Source: Emiliania huxleyi CCMP1516 (Eukaryota). From it: a stretch of DNA of 64,000 nt. The stretch covers positions 180,843 to 244,842 of the forward strand of contig NW_005201154.1 in the NCBI RefSeq assembly GCF_000372725.1. Direction: 5' to 3'. Shown here piece by piece: positions 11,469 to 24,239 of the stretch (position 1 is its first letter; every line of letters starts with the position of its first letter). The notes beneath the pieces were generated by a model. It saw nothing but the letters and a program-made list of their open reading frames with translations, was not told the DNA's origin and searched no databases. Position numbers and translations under genes: made by a program.

Positions 11469-12692
11469 ATGGCAAACCTCTCCCGCGCGGGCAAGGCTCC
11501 GGGTTCGCTCGGCCTTTCGGGCACCGCCGGGCTGCAGCTCAAGGCGCCCGCCAAGAAGTACGGGCTGCAGAAGGCCAGGCCGACCGCCTCGGCGTTTGGA
11601 CGGCTCGAGGACGACGGCGAGGAGGACGAGAGCGTGGGCCAGGCGGCGATGCGCGTCGGGGAGGGGCTGCGCGCGCGCGCGGCGGCGACGCACCGCGCGG
11701 CCGAGGCGGAGGATGCCAGCGTGTTCGACTACGACGGCGTGTACGACGAGATGTCGCGCGCCAAGGAGCGGCAGCGGGAGGCGCTCGCGGCGTCGCGCGG
11801 GATGGGCGGCGATGGCGCGGCGCGGCCGGGGGCGCGGTACATCTCGTCCATCATGGAGGCGCACAAGGCGCGCGAGATCGAGAACGACAAGGCCTTTGAG
11901 CGAAAGATGGTCAAGGAGGCGGAGGAGGAGGCGCACCTCTACGGCGACAAGGCGCACGCCTCCACCCCCGCCCCACACCGCCGCCCCCGCCCGCNNNNNN
12001 NNNNNNNNNNNNNNNNNNNNNNNNNNNNNNNNNNNNNNNNNNNNNNNNNNNNNNNNNNNNNNNNNNNNNNNNNNNNNNNNNNNNNNNNNNNNNNCGTCGG
12101 CCGCCGGCGTCGGCGGCGGTGTCGGCGCCAAGGGGCGTGGTGGCCCGCCCAAGGGGGCGGCGGAGGCGGCGGATCCAGGTCCTTCTGCACCCCCTTCGGG
12201 TGGGGACAAACCGGGGGGGTTCGGGGCGGGTTTTTCCGGTGGGTTTAAGGTAATAAGGCCCCGTTCCCCGGAGGCGGCCAGGGAGGTTTCTTTAAACCCC
12301 CCCCCTCCAGGGAGGACCGGGGCGGAGGACCCGGCGGCCCTGGGGGGGGCAATCGCGAGGGGGGCGCGCCTTTGGCGCGACGGCGCGCCCGTTTTGGGGG
12401 CGGCGGCCGAGGCGCCCGAGGCGGAAAAGGAGGGGGCGCCCGCAACTACGGTTGGGGCGAAAACGCCCAGGTGTGGTGTGCCCGAGAGCACCCTTCCAGA
12501 GAAACCCTCCCTCCAGAGCAAGATTGTTTCCCTTTTGGGGGGGCCCCTCCAACCGGAGTTGGGGAAAACCCCCCCCCCCCCCCCCCCCTCCCCTCTCCCG
12601 GTCGCAGGAATGACGGCTCTTCGGTGCTCTCTGCCAAGGAGAGGTACCTGCAGCGCAAGCGCCAGCGGGAGGGCGAGGGCGCCGCCGGATGA
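11469..12692 (+). CDS. NSRP1: Nuclear speckle splicing regulatory protein 1 (CCDC55/DUF2040) homolog, spans an assembly gap
   Basis: EDASVFDYDGVYDEM, RYISSIMEAHKAREIE...ERKMVKEAEEEAHLYGDK, and C-terminal SAKERYLQRKR. Confidence 0.8.
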
Positions 12693-13470
12693 GGTTGGGG
12701 GTGCGCCGCCTTCCTCCTCCACCACGCCCTCGGCCTCGTTGCGACTTCGCCCGCGCCCTCTGTCGCCTCGCGAAGGTGAGAGGGCGGTGTCGCGGACCTG
12801 TGCTTTTTGAGCTCCAGGATGTGCGCCACTGCCCGCTCCACGAGCCGTGCCTCGCGCTGCACGGTTTCTGTGCCATTTTTCAAATTTCATCCCACAGTGT
12901 GCGTTTTACGCGCCCCAGGCAGCCAGCGCTGCAGCGCTCCACCCAAGGCAACTATGCATGCGAGCTTTTTTGGTCTCTCAGACCCAAACGAAACGAAAAG
13001 ATACAAGTTACAACGAGAGATAAAACGCACGGTGCACACACACACACAGTGTGAACACAGATGGAGAGAGAGTCTCTCATGTGAGTCATGACGCAAATCT
13101 ACAACTACGTGTTGCCGCAAAGACAGTAGAGTAGGAGTAGCGCCGTCGCGGGGACTCCTCGAGATTGTGCCGGCGCATTCTTCCCATCATATCGTCGCTG
13201 CGCGCGGCTGGCTGCCAATCGGTGCGGTATGCGCATGCGCAGCTTCTAGGGTTGTAAAATTCTAGGGCCTCGCTCGCCTCCACTCTCACTCCGCGGCCTC
13301 CTCCGGCGCCGCGTCGAGCGTGACTGGGTCCGGCTCGGGCGCCTCGACGTCGGCGGACGGCAGCTCGCTCTGGTCGACGGTCGCCTAATCTCGCACGACC
13401 TCGAGCGGTCTCGGACAGCCTCTCGGACCACCTCGGGCGCGCTCTCGCTCTCGTCGACGGCCGCGCCGTG

Positions 13471-16400
13471 TCAATTTTCTCGACAGCGCCGCCCACCTGG
13501 CTCTGCGCCTTTGCGGATGTCTTTTGCGCCTGCTGCACGCCCCCGCCGAGCATGCCGAGGGCGGGCCCGATGGAGGCGGGCGAGTCGAGGGAGGAGGTGA
13601 AGAGGAGGAAACCTGTGTGCGCCGGCGAGGCTGTCAGGCAGGGGCTCTCCGGAGGCGGAGACTCTGTGCGGGAAAGAGGGGGAGTGTGGCGGGGGGCGGA
13701 AGGAGCAGGGGGAGTGTGGCGGGGCGGAGGGGGGGCGGGGGGGGGAGGGGGGACCGAGCAGGATGAAGGCTGCGAACATCACCAGCAGCACCAGCCCGGA
13801 GATGACGATCGCGATGATGTCCTGCGTGCGCAGGTTGAGCTCCTTCAGCTTCTGCGCCGCCTTCTTCTTCTCCTGCGAGCCGACGATCATCTGCTGCGCC
13901 TTGAACAGGCCCGCCGCGCCGAGGACGACATACATGCCCGGGCCCGCGAGCAGGCAGAGGAAGGCGATCGCCCTGGCCGGCTTGAGGATGCAGGAGAGGA
14001 CGAGCCTGAGGAGAGAGGGAGGGTGGCGGATCAGAGGCTCCGACTCGCCCGCGTGCGGACGCGCGAGGAGAGGAGGGCGGGCCAGGCGATGATGTTGAAG
14101 CAATACATCGCCGACACCACCCACGTCACGATGAGGAGCAGCTTGGCGGGGAGGCGGACCTGCGGGGAGATGTGGGGAGGTGTGGGGAGACGTGGGGAGA
14201 TATGAGGAGCAGCTTGGCGGGGGGGGGCGGACCTGTCTCGTCATCACCACCGCCATCAGAATGAGAATGAGACTAGGAGCGAGAATAGTGGGAAGCTTGG
14301 CGGGGCGGCGGACCACGGAGGTGACGACGGACATGCCGGGCACGGTGCCCCAGTAGTGCGAGACGAGCCACGCGAGGCAGACGGCGTCCTGCAAAAGTAC
14401 CGGTCCAAGTACCGCTCAAGCTTGCTTCACTACCTAGTTGCGACGCAGAGGCACGCGAGAGGCAGGGTGCGGCGGTCCTTGAGGTGGAAGAACTTGTAGA
14501 TGTCGTCCACCTAACCAGTGCTCCAGTGGACCGGCTTGTTGGCCACCGGCGGGGCGTCCGTCCAGACGGGTGACCTCGTGTCAGTGCAGAGCTGCGCACC
14601 CACTCGCGGTGCAATATAATATAATATAATATAATATAATATAATATAATATAATAGAGCTGCGCGCCCACTCGCGGTGCGTGCAGAGATGTGGGGAGAT
14701 GGGGGAGATATGGGGAGATGTCGCACCCACTCGCGGTGCGTGCAGACGCCCTGGTCGACGAACTCGTCCTGCGCGTGGGGCGTGTCGTGGACGTGTCGTG
14801 GACGTGTCGCGGGGCTAGCTCCCTCGTGCGACGGGCGCGGCTTCCTCGTGTGAGCACGAGAGGAGCAGCCCGAGCAACACGATGGGCGCGCCGCCGAGGG
14901 CGACGAAGCCGACGTGCACGCACGCGGAGATGGCGCCCTGCGTGCGGTCGAGGGCGGTTCTCATTGTTAGTGTGGTATGTCCGTAGTAGTGGTAGTAGTA
15001 AGTAGTAGCAGTAGTTGGTGCTTCCTGCTTGAGGTCGAAGGCCGTCTCGACGGGGTCGGAGAGGACGAAGTCGATGAGAAAGAGAGGCCTGTTCGCAGGA
15101 GCGCGAGCCTGAAGAGAGGCTCTTCGCATCGGACATGACTGAGAGCCGATCACAGAAGCGTCGCCTATCGGCGCGAGCAGGAATGTCCAGCATCCATATG
15201 CCAATGTGTGATGGAGCTCGGGAAGAAAAGAAAGAGGCGCAGCCTCTTCGAGGAGGGGGTTGACCGGGTCCCGGGATGAGGTTGCCCTCCTCGTCGGTGC
15301 GTAGCGACCCCTGCCCCCCCCTTCTTGGTGGCGGCCGAAGGCGTTTGGTTCTCGTCCAAACTTCGGCGAGGGGCCACCTCTTGGGGCCTTCCCCCCTTCA
15401 TNNNNNNNNNNNNNNNNNNNNNNNNNNNNNNNNNNNNNNNNNNNNNNNNNNNNNNNNNNNNNNNNNNNNNNNNNNNNNNNNNNNNNNNNNNNNNNNNNNN
15501 NNNNNNNNNNNNNNNNNNNNNNNNNNNNNNNNNNNNNNNNNNNNNNNNNNNNNNNNNNNNNNNNNNNNNNNNNNNNNNNNNNNNNNNNNNNNNNNNNNNN
15601 NNNNNNNNNNNNNNNNNNNNNNNNNNNNNNNNNNNNNNNNNNNNNNNNNNNNNNNNNNNNNNNNNNNNNNNNNNNNNNNNNNNNNNNNNNNNNNNNNNNN
15701 NNNNNNNNNNNNNNNNNNNNNNNNNNNNNNNNNNNNNNNNNNNNNNNNNNNNNNNNNNNNNNNNNNNNNNNNNNNNNNNNNNNNNNNNNNNNNNNNNNNN
15801 NNNNNNNNNNNNNNNNNNNNNNNNNNNNNNNNNNNNNNNNNNNNNNNNNNNNNNNNNNNNNNNNNNNNNNNNNNNNNNNNNNNNNNNNNNNNNNNNNNNN
15901 NNNNNNNNNNNNNNNNNNNNNNNNNNNNNNNNNNNNNNNNNNNNNNNNNNNNNNNNNNNNNNNNNNNNNNNNNNNNNNNNNNNNNNNNCGGACCTGTGGG
16001 GAGACGGGAGCACACGCCTCCCAGTGCAAGGCGCGGGGAGATGCGAGGAGATGTTGGGAGATGTGTGGCGGATGCGGGGAGATGTGGGGAGATGTGGGGA
16101 GATGTGGGGAGATGTGGGGAGATGTGGGGAGATGGGAGCACACGCCTGCCAGTGGAAGGAGCGGGCGGGACCGACGTACTCCTCCTTGGTGTAGTTGATC
16201 GCCTCCGCCTCGTGCTCGTACGTCATCGCGACGAAGGTGCCTGTTCACAGCTAGAGGTGTGAAGAGACGCTGTTCACAGCCTCGTGGTGACGTTCTTTCG
16301 ACGAAGTTGCCCAGTCGACGTCTCTCCTCCACCTCGGCCTCGCTCTCGCCGTAGACAGACTCGTACGGCGACGCGGCCTACAACCCCAAACCACAACCTC

Positions 16401-18446
16401 GGACGATCTCGGACGATCTCGCCTCGACCTCATTCCACGGCGCGCTAGACTCGCCTCGTCCGCAGCGCCCGCGGCGGTGGCGTTGGTGGTGTTTGCGAGC
16501 GCGCGGAAGGCGACGAAGTCTCCGACCCGGTCCAGCGCCACGAGCAAGTCGTGAGAGACGGCGGCGCCTGTTCGGCCACGCCGCGACTGGTGCATGGAGC
16601 GCGCAACGAGCAAGAGAAATCGTGAGAGACGGTGGCGCCGAGCATGCGCTGGAGCTCTTCCGGCTGCCCGAGGATCGCGTCCTCGGTGCAGAAGTCCGCC
16701 TCGTCGACGTCGATCATGATCTTGCCGAGGCTCGAGCTCATGACGCCTGTGCCGGGGAGATATGGGGAGATATGGGGAGATATGGCTCGAGCTCATGACG
16801 CCTGTGCGCCGGTGTGCGTGCGGGTGGCGTCGAGCGATCCGCTCTCAATGCGAGTGACGCTCTCGCCAGGGAGGGAGGGTGCTAGGGCGGGTGTCGGCTC
16901 GCCTACTCCGTGTCTTCAGCCGCTGAGCTCTCGACTGCATCGATGCTCTTGCCGAGGGCGGGAGGTAAGAGGGCGGGAGGCGAGGGCGGGACCGGAGGCA
17001 AGGGCGGGAGGTAAGGGCGGGAGGTAAGGGCGGGAGGCAAGGGCGGGAGGTAAGAGGGCGGGAGGCAAGGGCGGGAGGTAAGGGCGGGAGGCGAGGGCGG
17101 GAGGTAAGGGCGGGAGGCAAGGGCGGGAGGCAAGGGCGGGAGGTGAGGGCGGGAGGTAAGGGCGGGAGGTGAGGGCGGGAGGTGAGGGCGGGAGGCGAGG
17201 GCGGGAGGCGAGGGCGGGAGGTAAGGGCGGGAGGTAAGGGCGGGAGGCAAGGGCGGGAGGTGAGGGCGGGAGGTAAGGGCGGGAGGTAAGGGCGGGAGGT
17301 AAGGGCGGGAGGCAAGGGCGGGAGGTGAGGGCGGGAGGTAAGGGCGGGAGGTAAGGGCGGGAGGTAAGGGCGGGAGGCAAGGGCGGGAGGTGAGGGCGGG
17401 AGGTGAGGGCGGGAGGTGAGGGGAGGGCATCGGATGTTGCGCCCGCGGTGACAGCGCGGAGGAGGAAGGGCGGGATCCACATCATGATCTTGGACTTGAT
17501 GAGGTAGAGCTCGAGCTGGGGCTCGTCGCGCACCTGCGAGGCGCGGGGCAGAGGGACAGCGAGGATGAGGCACACAAGAGGCAGCAGCGGCGAGGCGAGG
17601 CGGAGAGGCCGCGGCACGGACCCGTGCGTTGAGAAGGGAGGGGCGGCGGGGGGGGGCGGCGGGGGGGAGAGCGGTGCTCGTGTGTTACAGGGCGAGTGTG
17701 TGAGAGAGAAGAGATGAGGCGCACAAAGAGAGCTGCCCTGCACGGAGTTTAGTATGGTGGGGCCCGGGCGAGTGTGGTGTGAGAGAAGAGGTGGGAGGGC
17801 GCACAAAGAGCTGCACGGAATAGTAGTCGTGGACAAAGTGCTCGAGGGCGGCCTTGATGTCGGGCTTGCCCTTGATGTCGTAGAGGGTGAGGTACGACGT
17901 GGACGCACCCTCCCCCTCCTTCTCCCTCTCCGCCGCCGCCGCCTCCTCCTCCTCCTCCTCCTTGTCCGCTTTGAGCGCCCGCCGGCCGAGCAAGTCGAGA
18001 GGGCTGAAGCCCTCGTCGACCTTGGGGAGGACGCGCTTGCCGTTGACGCAGACGTGAGGGTTGTGGTACTTCATCGACAGCTGGATCTGCGCCGAGTCGG
18101 CGTACACGGGCATGTTGGTCCGCAGGTATGGCGCGAGCGCCGTCAAGAGACCGAAGAGCGCGACGGCGATGGCCGTCTTGACGCCGGCCACGAGCGGGTT
18201 GGTGGGGAACATGATGCCAACGCTCGCCGCCGCGCTCGCAATCTTCTTCGACCCCGGCGTCACCGGGACGATCTTGGAGAAGATGTCAGCTGGCCCCGCC
18301 CGCGCCTTTGGCTTGCCAGCCTTGCCGTTGCCCTCATCGAGCACCTGCTGATACCTGACCTTTCCCTGCTCGATGGCTGCCCTTGTGGGGCGCTTGGTGG
18401 CAGGCGGTCGGCGGAGAGCAAGCCCGCCCGGCGTGTCGGTGTACAT
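13471..18446 (-). CDS. Large multi-exon hypothetical membrane protein (one or two genes; 3' end uncertain; spans a gap)
   Basis: Chain of coding-like segments (17.8-18.4k, 17.4-17.5k, 16.1-16.8k, 14.8-15.3k, 13.8-14.4k) with several hydrophobic helices, separated by repeat-filled introns. Confidence 0.5.
16955..17425. repeat. Intronic 12-bp minisatellite (GGGCGGGAGGYR) of about 39 units
   Basis: Directly visible tandem array. Confidence 0.95.
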
Positions 18447-18547
18447 GACTCCGGTGGTTTGGCAAGTCAGGAGTCTCGGCCGCCGACTTGTTTGGTCGAT
18501 CAACGGGGCGCCGTGTGCAAAACAAATTTAGACAACTCCTTGCCCAG

Positions 18548-19312
18548 ACGTGTGTGGTGGCGGCGTGCCGTCCTCCCATCCCTCCCTTGGGTTGTCTGTT
18601 TTCTTTCTTTCTTTCTTTGCCCGTCGGCTAATCCCGCCAGGGGTTGTGGGCTATATTTATTTATTTATTCAAAAACCACACTCCTCAAGGCCTCCCTCTC
18701 CTTCAGGCATTCGTGGCATCCTATGGGTCGTCCAGAGTATCGACCTCTGGCTTGTCAGCCGCCCCACCGAGGGCACCATGAAGTACAGCGATCGCCATCT
18801 CGCTGGCCTCTTCGCAGGCCCCCCCGACCGCGTCGAACTCATCGGCGCGGGCTCTCTCGGCTACGGGACCGGCCCCAGCTTCGGCTGAGGGCTAACAAGC
18901 TGCCGAGCCCAAATCACTGTGAGAGTCGTGATTTCTTGTTGGTCTTTAAAAATCTCTCACTCCTCTCCTTAAAATCCCTGTGTGTGTGTGGTGGCGGCGT
19001 GCCGTCCTCCCATCCCTCCCTTGCGTTGTCTGTTTTTGCCCGGCCGCGCGCAGCGCCAATCGGGCGTCCTTTGCTCCTCCGCGAGCTGCCCGGCCGTGAA
19101 GAAAACAAATTCGCACAGGACTCCTTGCGCTCCTCAAAAACCACGGTCTGCCCGTCGGGTTGCTGCCCTAATCCCGCCAGGGGTTGTCTGCCCTATTTAT
19201 TTATTTAAAAACCACACTCCTCTCCTTAAAATCCCTGTGTGTGTGGTGGCGGCGTGCCGTCCTCCCATCCCTCCCTTGCTGGTCTGTTTTGTTTCTTTCT
19301 TTCTTTGCTTTT
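18548..19312 (+). repeat. Cluster of three copies of a SINE-like repeat (GTGGTGGCGGCGTGCCGTCCTCCCATCCCTCCC...(TTTC)n)
   Basis: Copies at ~18550, ~18960 and ~19210. Others at 24113-24190, 29046-29113 and 47154-47269 (minus strand). Confidence 0.8.
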
Positions 19313-19717
19313 TCTCCTCCGGGGCACCCCTCGGCGGGGAGGGTTCTGGGGCAGTGAGAGGCTGCCTGCTCCTGGGCGCTGGGCCTGGCACACGCCTCCG
19401 GGGGTACCCCGAATATCCGTGACAGCGGCCCGCCGCGGCGCCGCCGCCGCCAGCCCCGGCTGCGGCCGCCTCGGCGCAACCGCCCACCCCATCCGGTGCT
19501 TGCGCTCCCGCTGTGCGCGCGGCATTTTATACTTTTTTTCTCGCGTGTTGACCCTGTGTGGCGGGGGAACTAGGCGCCCCCCTGTGCTCTGTTTTACCCG
19601 CGTTTTATTTATTTATTGGAAGGTGGTGAAGGTGATGCCCCGCCGCGGGCCGCACTCCTGAGACTCCAAACTTATGGTATATGGATTACATGCTCCTTCA
19701 AGAGTGTCGCATCACGC

Positions 19718-21783
19718 TCAGGTCTCGCCCCAACGCGCTCGGAGCGCCTCCGCGGCGCGAAGCAGCCTCTCAGCGATCGGCTCCGCCTCCTCCGCGCTCG
19801 CGAGGCGGCCGTACGAGAGGCGGAGGTGGCCGGGCCGCCCAAAGGCCGAGCCAGGCAGCGTGAGCAGCTCGTGCTCCGCCGCGAGCCGCCGCACCGCCTC
19901 CTCCTCCGCCTCGCAGTCGGCAAGGCGCGAGGCGTGCAGCAGGCCGCTGCGCTCCTCCTCCGCCGCCTCGCCGCCCTCGCCTCCCTCGCCCAGCACCCGG
20001 GCGCCGCGCGAGCTGCAGCCGGGCAGCCTCACAAAGTAGTAGAATGCGCCGGCGGGCTGCAAGGCGCCCCCCCCGCCGCGCAGCGGCGCCAGCGCCTCCC
20101 ACAACATCGCCCGCGCCGGCTCGAGTGTCGCAACCTGAGATATGGGGAGATATGGGGAGACATGGGGAGATATGGCTCGAGCGTCGCAACCTCTCCGTGG
20201 GGTGGCCCAAGAGGTGAGGGTGTCGCGGCGAGGTTCGAGGGAGCTCGCGCGCCGCCGCACTCGCCTGCTGGCGAACCCGATCTCCGCACATCTCCCTCAG
20301 ACCTCTCCTCATCTCCCCACTCGCCTGCTCGCGCACCCACGCCTCGCCGAGCCCTTCCAGCGCCTACTCTCGCGGCCAATCTCGCGTGAATCTCGCGTGA
20401 GCTCCACCCCCCCCGCCTCGCCTCGCCCTTCCCAGCGCCGCGAGGGCGAGTCGCTGCGAGGCGCGGCACGCGTGCGTCGGCATCGTGTCCTGCACCTGCC
20501 CACACGTCCACCGAGATAGGGGGAGACAGGGGGAGAGATGGGGAGAGATGGTGTCCTGCACCTGCCCACACATCCACCACCCATTGCTGCACCAGCCCCC
20601 GCGCGTGCGCGTGGGCGGCGCGTCCCACCGCCTTGAGCATCGCGTCGTGCAATCTCGGGCGATCTCGGGCGATCTCGCGTGATCTCGCGCCTTGAGCATC
20701 GCGTCGTGCAGCTGGTGCGGGTAGGACAGGTGGCCGACCCTCCACGCCGCCAGGCCGTACGACTTTGAGAAGGTGCGCAGGCACAGGAGCAGCTCGCCTC
20801 CGCCCGCCTCGCACAGCTCTGCCGCCGAGGCGTGCTCCGCCGCGCCGTAGGTGAAGTGCTCGTACGCCTCGAGGAGTCATCTCACAGCGTCTCTTCACAC
20901 CTCCAGCTGTGAACAGGCGCGCCGTAGGCGAAGTGCTTGGTACGCCGCGAGGATCATATCACTCGTCGAGGTCAACCAAAGCGGGGGGGAGTGCCGTCGG
21001 CGAAGGTGCGCGCCGCGCCTCGTCCGAGATCAGCCCATATCTCCCCATATCTCCCCACATCTCCCCATATCTCGCGCCTCGTCCGAGATCAGCCACGCGC
21101 CCGCCTGCGGGAACGCTCACGGAACGGCTCATCGTGGAGCCGCACGCCCCGACGGAGGAAGGTACGCGCCGGACCTGCGCGCAGGCCTCGCCCAGCTCTC
21201 GCACGAGCTCAGCCGGGCAGACGGCGCCGGTCGGGTTGCTCGGGGAGACCAGCACCACCGCCCTCAGCCGGCCGCCGGGGCGCGAGGCGGAGGCGCGCAC
21301 GGCGCCGGGCGTCGGCAGGCCTACCCGTAGTGGAGAGCAGAGGCTGCACTGTTGATGGCATTGATGTAGGTCGTGCGTCGGCTCGCCTCGCTCGTCGCAG
21401 TCGGCGAAGACAGGCACAAGGCCGAGGAGCTGAAGCGCGACCAGGTGCGAAAAGTAGTAGGGCCGCCAGAGAAGCACCTCGTCGCCGACGTCACAGGTGG
21501 ACAGCAGCGCGTGCACGAACGCCTGGTTGGCGCCGGGTGTCACCATGACGTGCTCGCGCCCGTGCTCCTCGCGCAGCGCTGCCAGCAGCGCCGGCTCGCC
21601 GCGGATGTCGCCATACCCGCCGTCGCCGCGCAGCGCCGCCTCGACGAGGCGCTCGGGCGGCGACCAGTGCGCCGTCCCAGGCGCGAGGTTGGCGATGCCG
21701 GGACGGAGGTGCGTGGCGATGATGCGCTCGACGATCGCCTCCGAGGCGTTGGCCGCGCGCATGGACGGCCGGAGGCGACGCAT
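19718..21783 (-). CDS. PLP-dependent aminotransferase class I/II, multi-exon
   Basis: VMVTPGANQAF, PYYFSH, VSPSNPTGAV, LISDEAYEHF, TFSKSYGLAAWRVG (PLP lysine), GAFYYFV and LPGSAFG..HLRLSYG. Confidence 0.92.
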
Positions 21784-21907
21784 TGTCTCGCGAAATGCCC
21801 GCGTGTGCGGCAAGAGGTAGCAGAGCCCCAGCCGACTCTGCTGTCAGCCTCGAGGGGTCTGCGAACACCGCGCAGCTGAAGCGGCGGCAACTACAAGACG
21901 GGTTTAA

Positions 21908-24112
21908 GGTGGCAGTCCGGGTTCTGTGAAGAGGGTCGCTGGTCGAATGCGAGCCAGTTCGCTCGCGACGCCGACGCCGACGCCGCCGCCGGAACGACCG
22001 CGGCGGCCGGTCGAGCGGCCGCCCCGGCCAGCGGCCGTATCGAGCCTGCCCGTCGCGAAGGTGCGGACCTCACGCGCCCCACCGGCCGCCCGCGCCGCCG
22101 CGCCCACGTCGCTCTCTCGAAGCCCAGCGCCACGCCGCTACGACTCCCATCGCGACGACTCCCGTGCTCGCTCGTGGCGCAGGCGATCGACTCCTGACAC
22201 CCATCGAGCGGATGGGCGCGTTCCCGCCGCGACCCGGTACTCTCGAACGACTTTTGAGGGCAAAAGGTGCCGCCCGAGCCCATTCCCGCCGCCCGCCGCC
22301 CGAGATCAGCTGCCACCGGCCAGCGCGCGCGCGGAGACCTGCCGCGAGCGCCTCCGTGGCCCTAGCTGGGGTGATTAGCAAGCGCCTCGGCACTTTAGAT
22401 TCGCCCCTCGGGCTTTTCCGCGCGCGTGATCAGTCTCGCGTTCTCTCCTTTTTCAGGCGCCTGTTTTCGGCCTCTGAAGAGCAACCGTCGAGGCGTCGAT
22501 GCTCGCCTCCACGACCGCGCCAGACCTCCGCGATTGGGGCGCCTTGTCGACGGGATCAATTGTTATTCCGAACACATTTTTCTGGCATTTAACTCGCACG
22601 TCGGCGACTCTTAGTCGCTTCTCCGTGCTAGGAGGCCTCTGTTTTGTGTCCGCGAGGACTAGATCGAAACTAACATTTCGGCACATTTCAGTTAAATGCC
22701 AGAAAAATGCGCGTTCACTCACAATTCATGTGTATATGAACGGTGCCGACGGGTTTGGCGAGCATCGAAGCCGTCCAGGCGCAGCAACGCGACGGATTCG
22801 GAGGCCGAGGGCTCCGAAAGAGCCTCCCGAGCGAGGCCGGCGCGGTCACGGTGCCGTGGCGGCCACCGACGTCGCCGGAGCGGCACTCCCGGGGCGCCAC
22901 TCCCTCACCCGGTCAGGGGGGGCCAACCACAGCCCGCCTCACCGTCCGTGGAGCTTCCGTGGTCCGCCGCTTCGGCTTCGATTTTCGACCCTCCCGAGGC
23001 TGCTAGAGCAGCCCCGCGGAGCCTCCCGGATGCACCAGCACACCGTCGTCCAGAACGCCTCTGCACGCGCTGCCCAGTGACTGGGCGGGTCGGCCCCGAC
23101 TAGGGGCGGGCCCAGCCGCGCGGAGAAGACCATCCCACTCGCGGTTCGTCGCACCGTCCGCTCCGGTTTTCGTCTCGAGCGGGTCGTGAGACGGCCGCGA
23201 GAGCGAGCACCGCGGTCACGGTACCGTGGAGGCCACAGACGTCGCCGGAGCGGCACTCCCGGGGCGCCACTCCCTCGCCCGGTCAGGGGGGGCCAACCAC
23301 AGCCCGCCTCACCGTCCGTGGAGCTTCCGTGGTCCGCCGCTCCGGCTTCGATTTTCGACCCTCCCGAGGCTGCTAGAGCAGCCCCGCGGAGCCTCCCGGA
23401 TGCATCGGCACACCGTCGTCCAGAACGCCGGCGCACGCGCTGCCCAGTGACTGGGCGGGTCGGCCCCGACTAGGGGCGGGCCCAGCCGCGCGGAGAAGGC
23501 CAGCGAGCTCGAAACACGTCGCCGCGGCCGGCCGTTTCGCAAGCCTGAGCGGGTCGCCAGACACCCGCGAGAGCCAGCAGCTAGAGCGCCGTCGTAGCCG
23601 CAGATCGAGTCGAGGAGCTTGATGTCCACGGTAGCAGTTGTGGAGAGCGGTGGCACGGTGCGTGTAGACGCGTCGATTGAGGGCTCCCTTTCGAAACGCG
23701 ACGGGTACGGCATGACAACTGCCAGTACAGTTTTACGCCGGCCAGCGTGAGAGCACAACAGGGAGCCGGCGACCCGTACGCTTTGCGCGTGGCGACTGGT
23801 GGCTGTCTGGAGCTCGTGTGAGCTGGGCCGACGCGTGGCCGAGCCGAGAGGACCAGCGAGCGACCACGTTGGCGATGAAGCTTGGCGGCCGGCGCCTCGT
23901 CGCCAGACGTCACAGCGGCGTGGACGTAGGAGTGTGCGGCGACGGTTACCGGCAAATCCGGCCCAGTGTGGCCGGCAGCTGCCTAGCGCTGGCCTGTGGC
24001 CGGCGCCGCGGTGGCGGATAAGGCGTCTCGCCGCCGTGGCGGCGGTCGGCAGGTGCGAGCGTGATGCCATCTTGCGAGACGACACCCGTCTCGCAAAACC
24101 CGGACTGCCACC
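21908..24112. mobile_element. Intact 2.2 kb non-autonomous Kolobok-like DNA transposon, copy 2
   Basis: TTAA on both sides (21904-21907, 24113-24116). 16-bp TIR GGTGGCAGTCCGGGTT / AACCCGGACTGCCACC. Internal ~290-bp direct repeat (~22841-23127 / ~23211-23497). No transposase ORF. Confidence 0.9.
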
Positions 24113-24239
24113 TTAAAATCCCTGTGTGGTGGCGGCGTGCCGTTCTCCCATCCCTCCCTTGGGTTGTGTGTTTTCTTTCTTTCTTTCTTTACAAGATGGG
24201 TTTTCTTCTTTCCCGCGTAGAAAATTTCTTTTCTTCGCG

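Noticed and set aside
12095..12595. Odd G/C-run-rich sequence with long ORFs after the gap
   Set aside because: Looks like low-quality read end next to the N-gap (garbled NSRP1 exon), not a separate gene.
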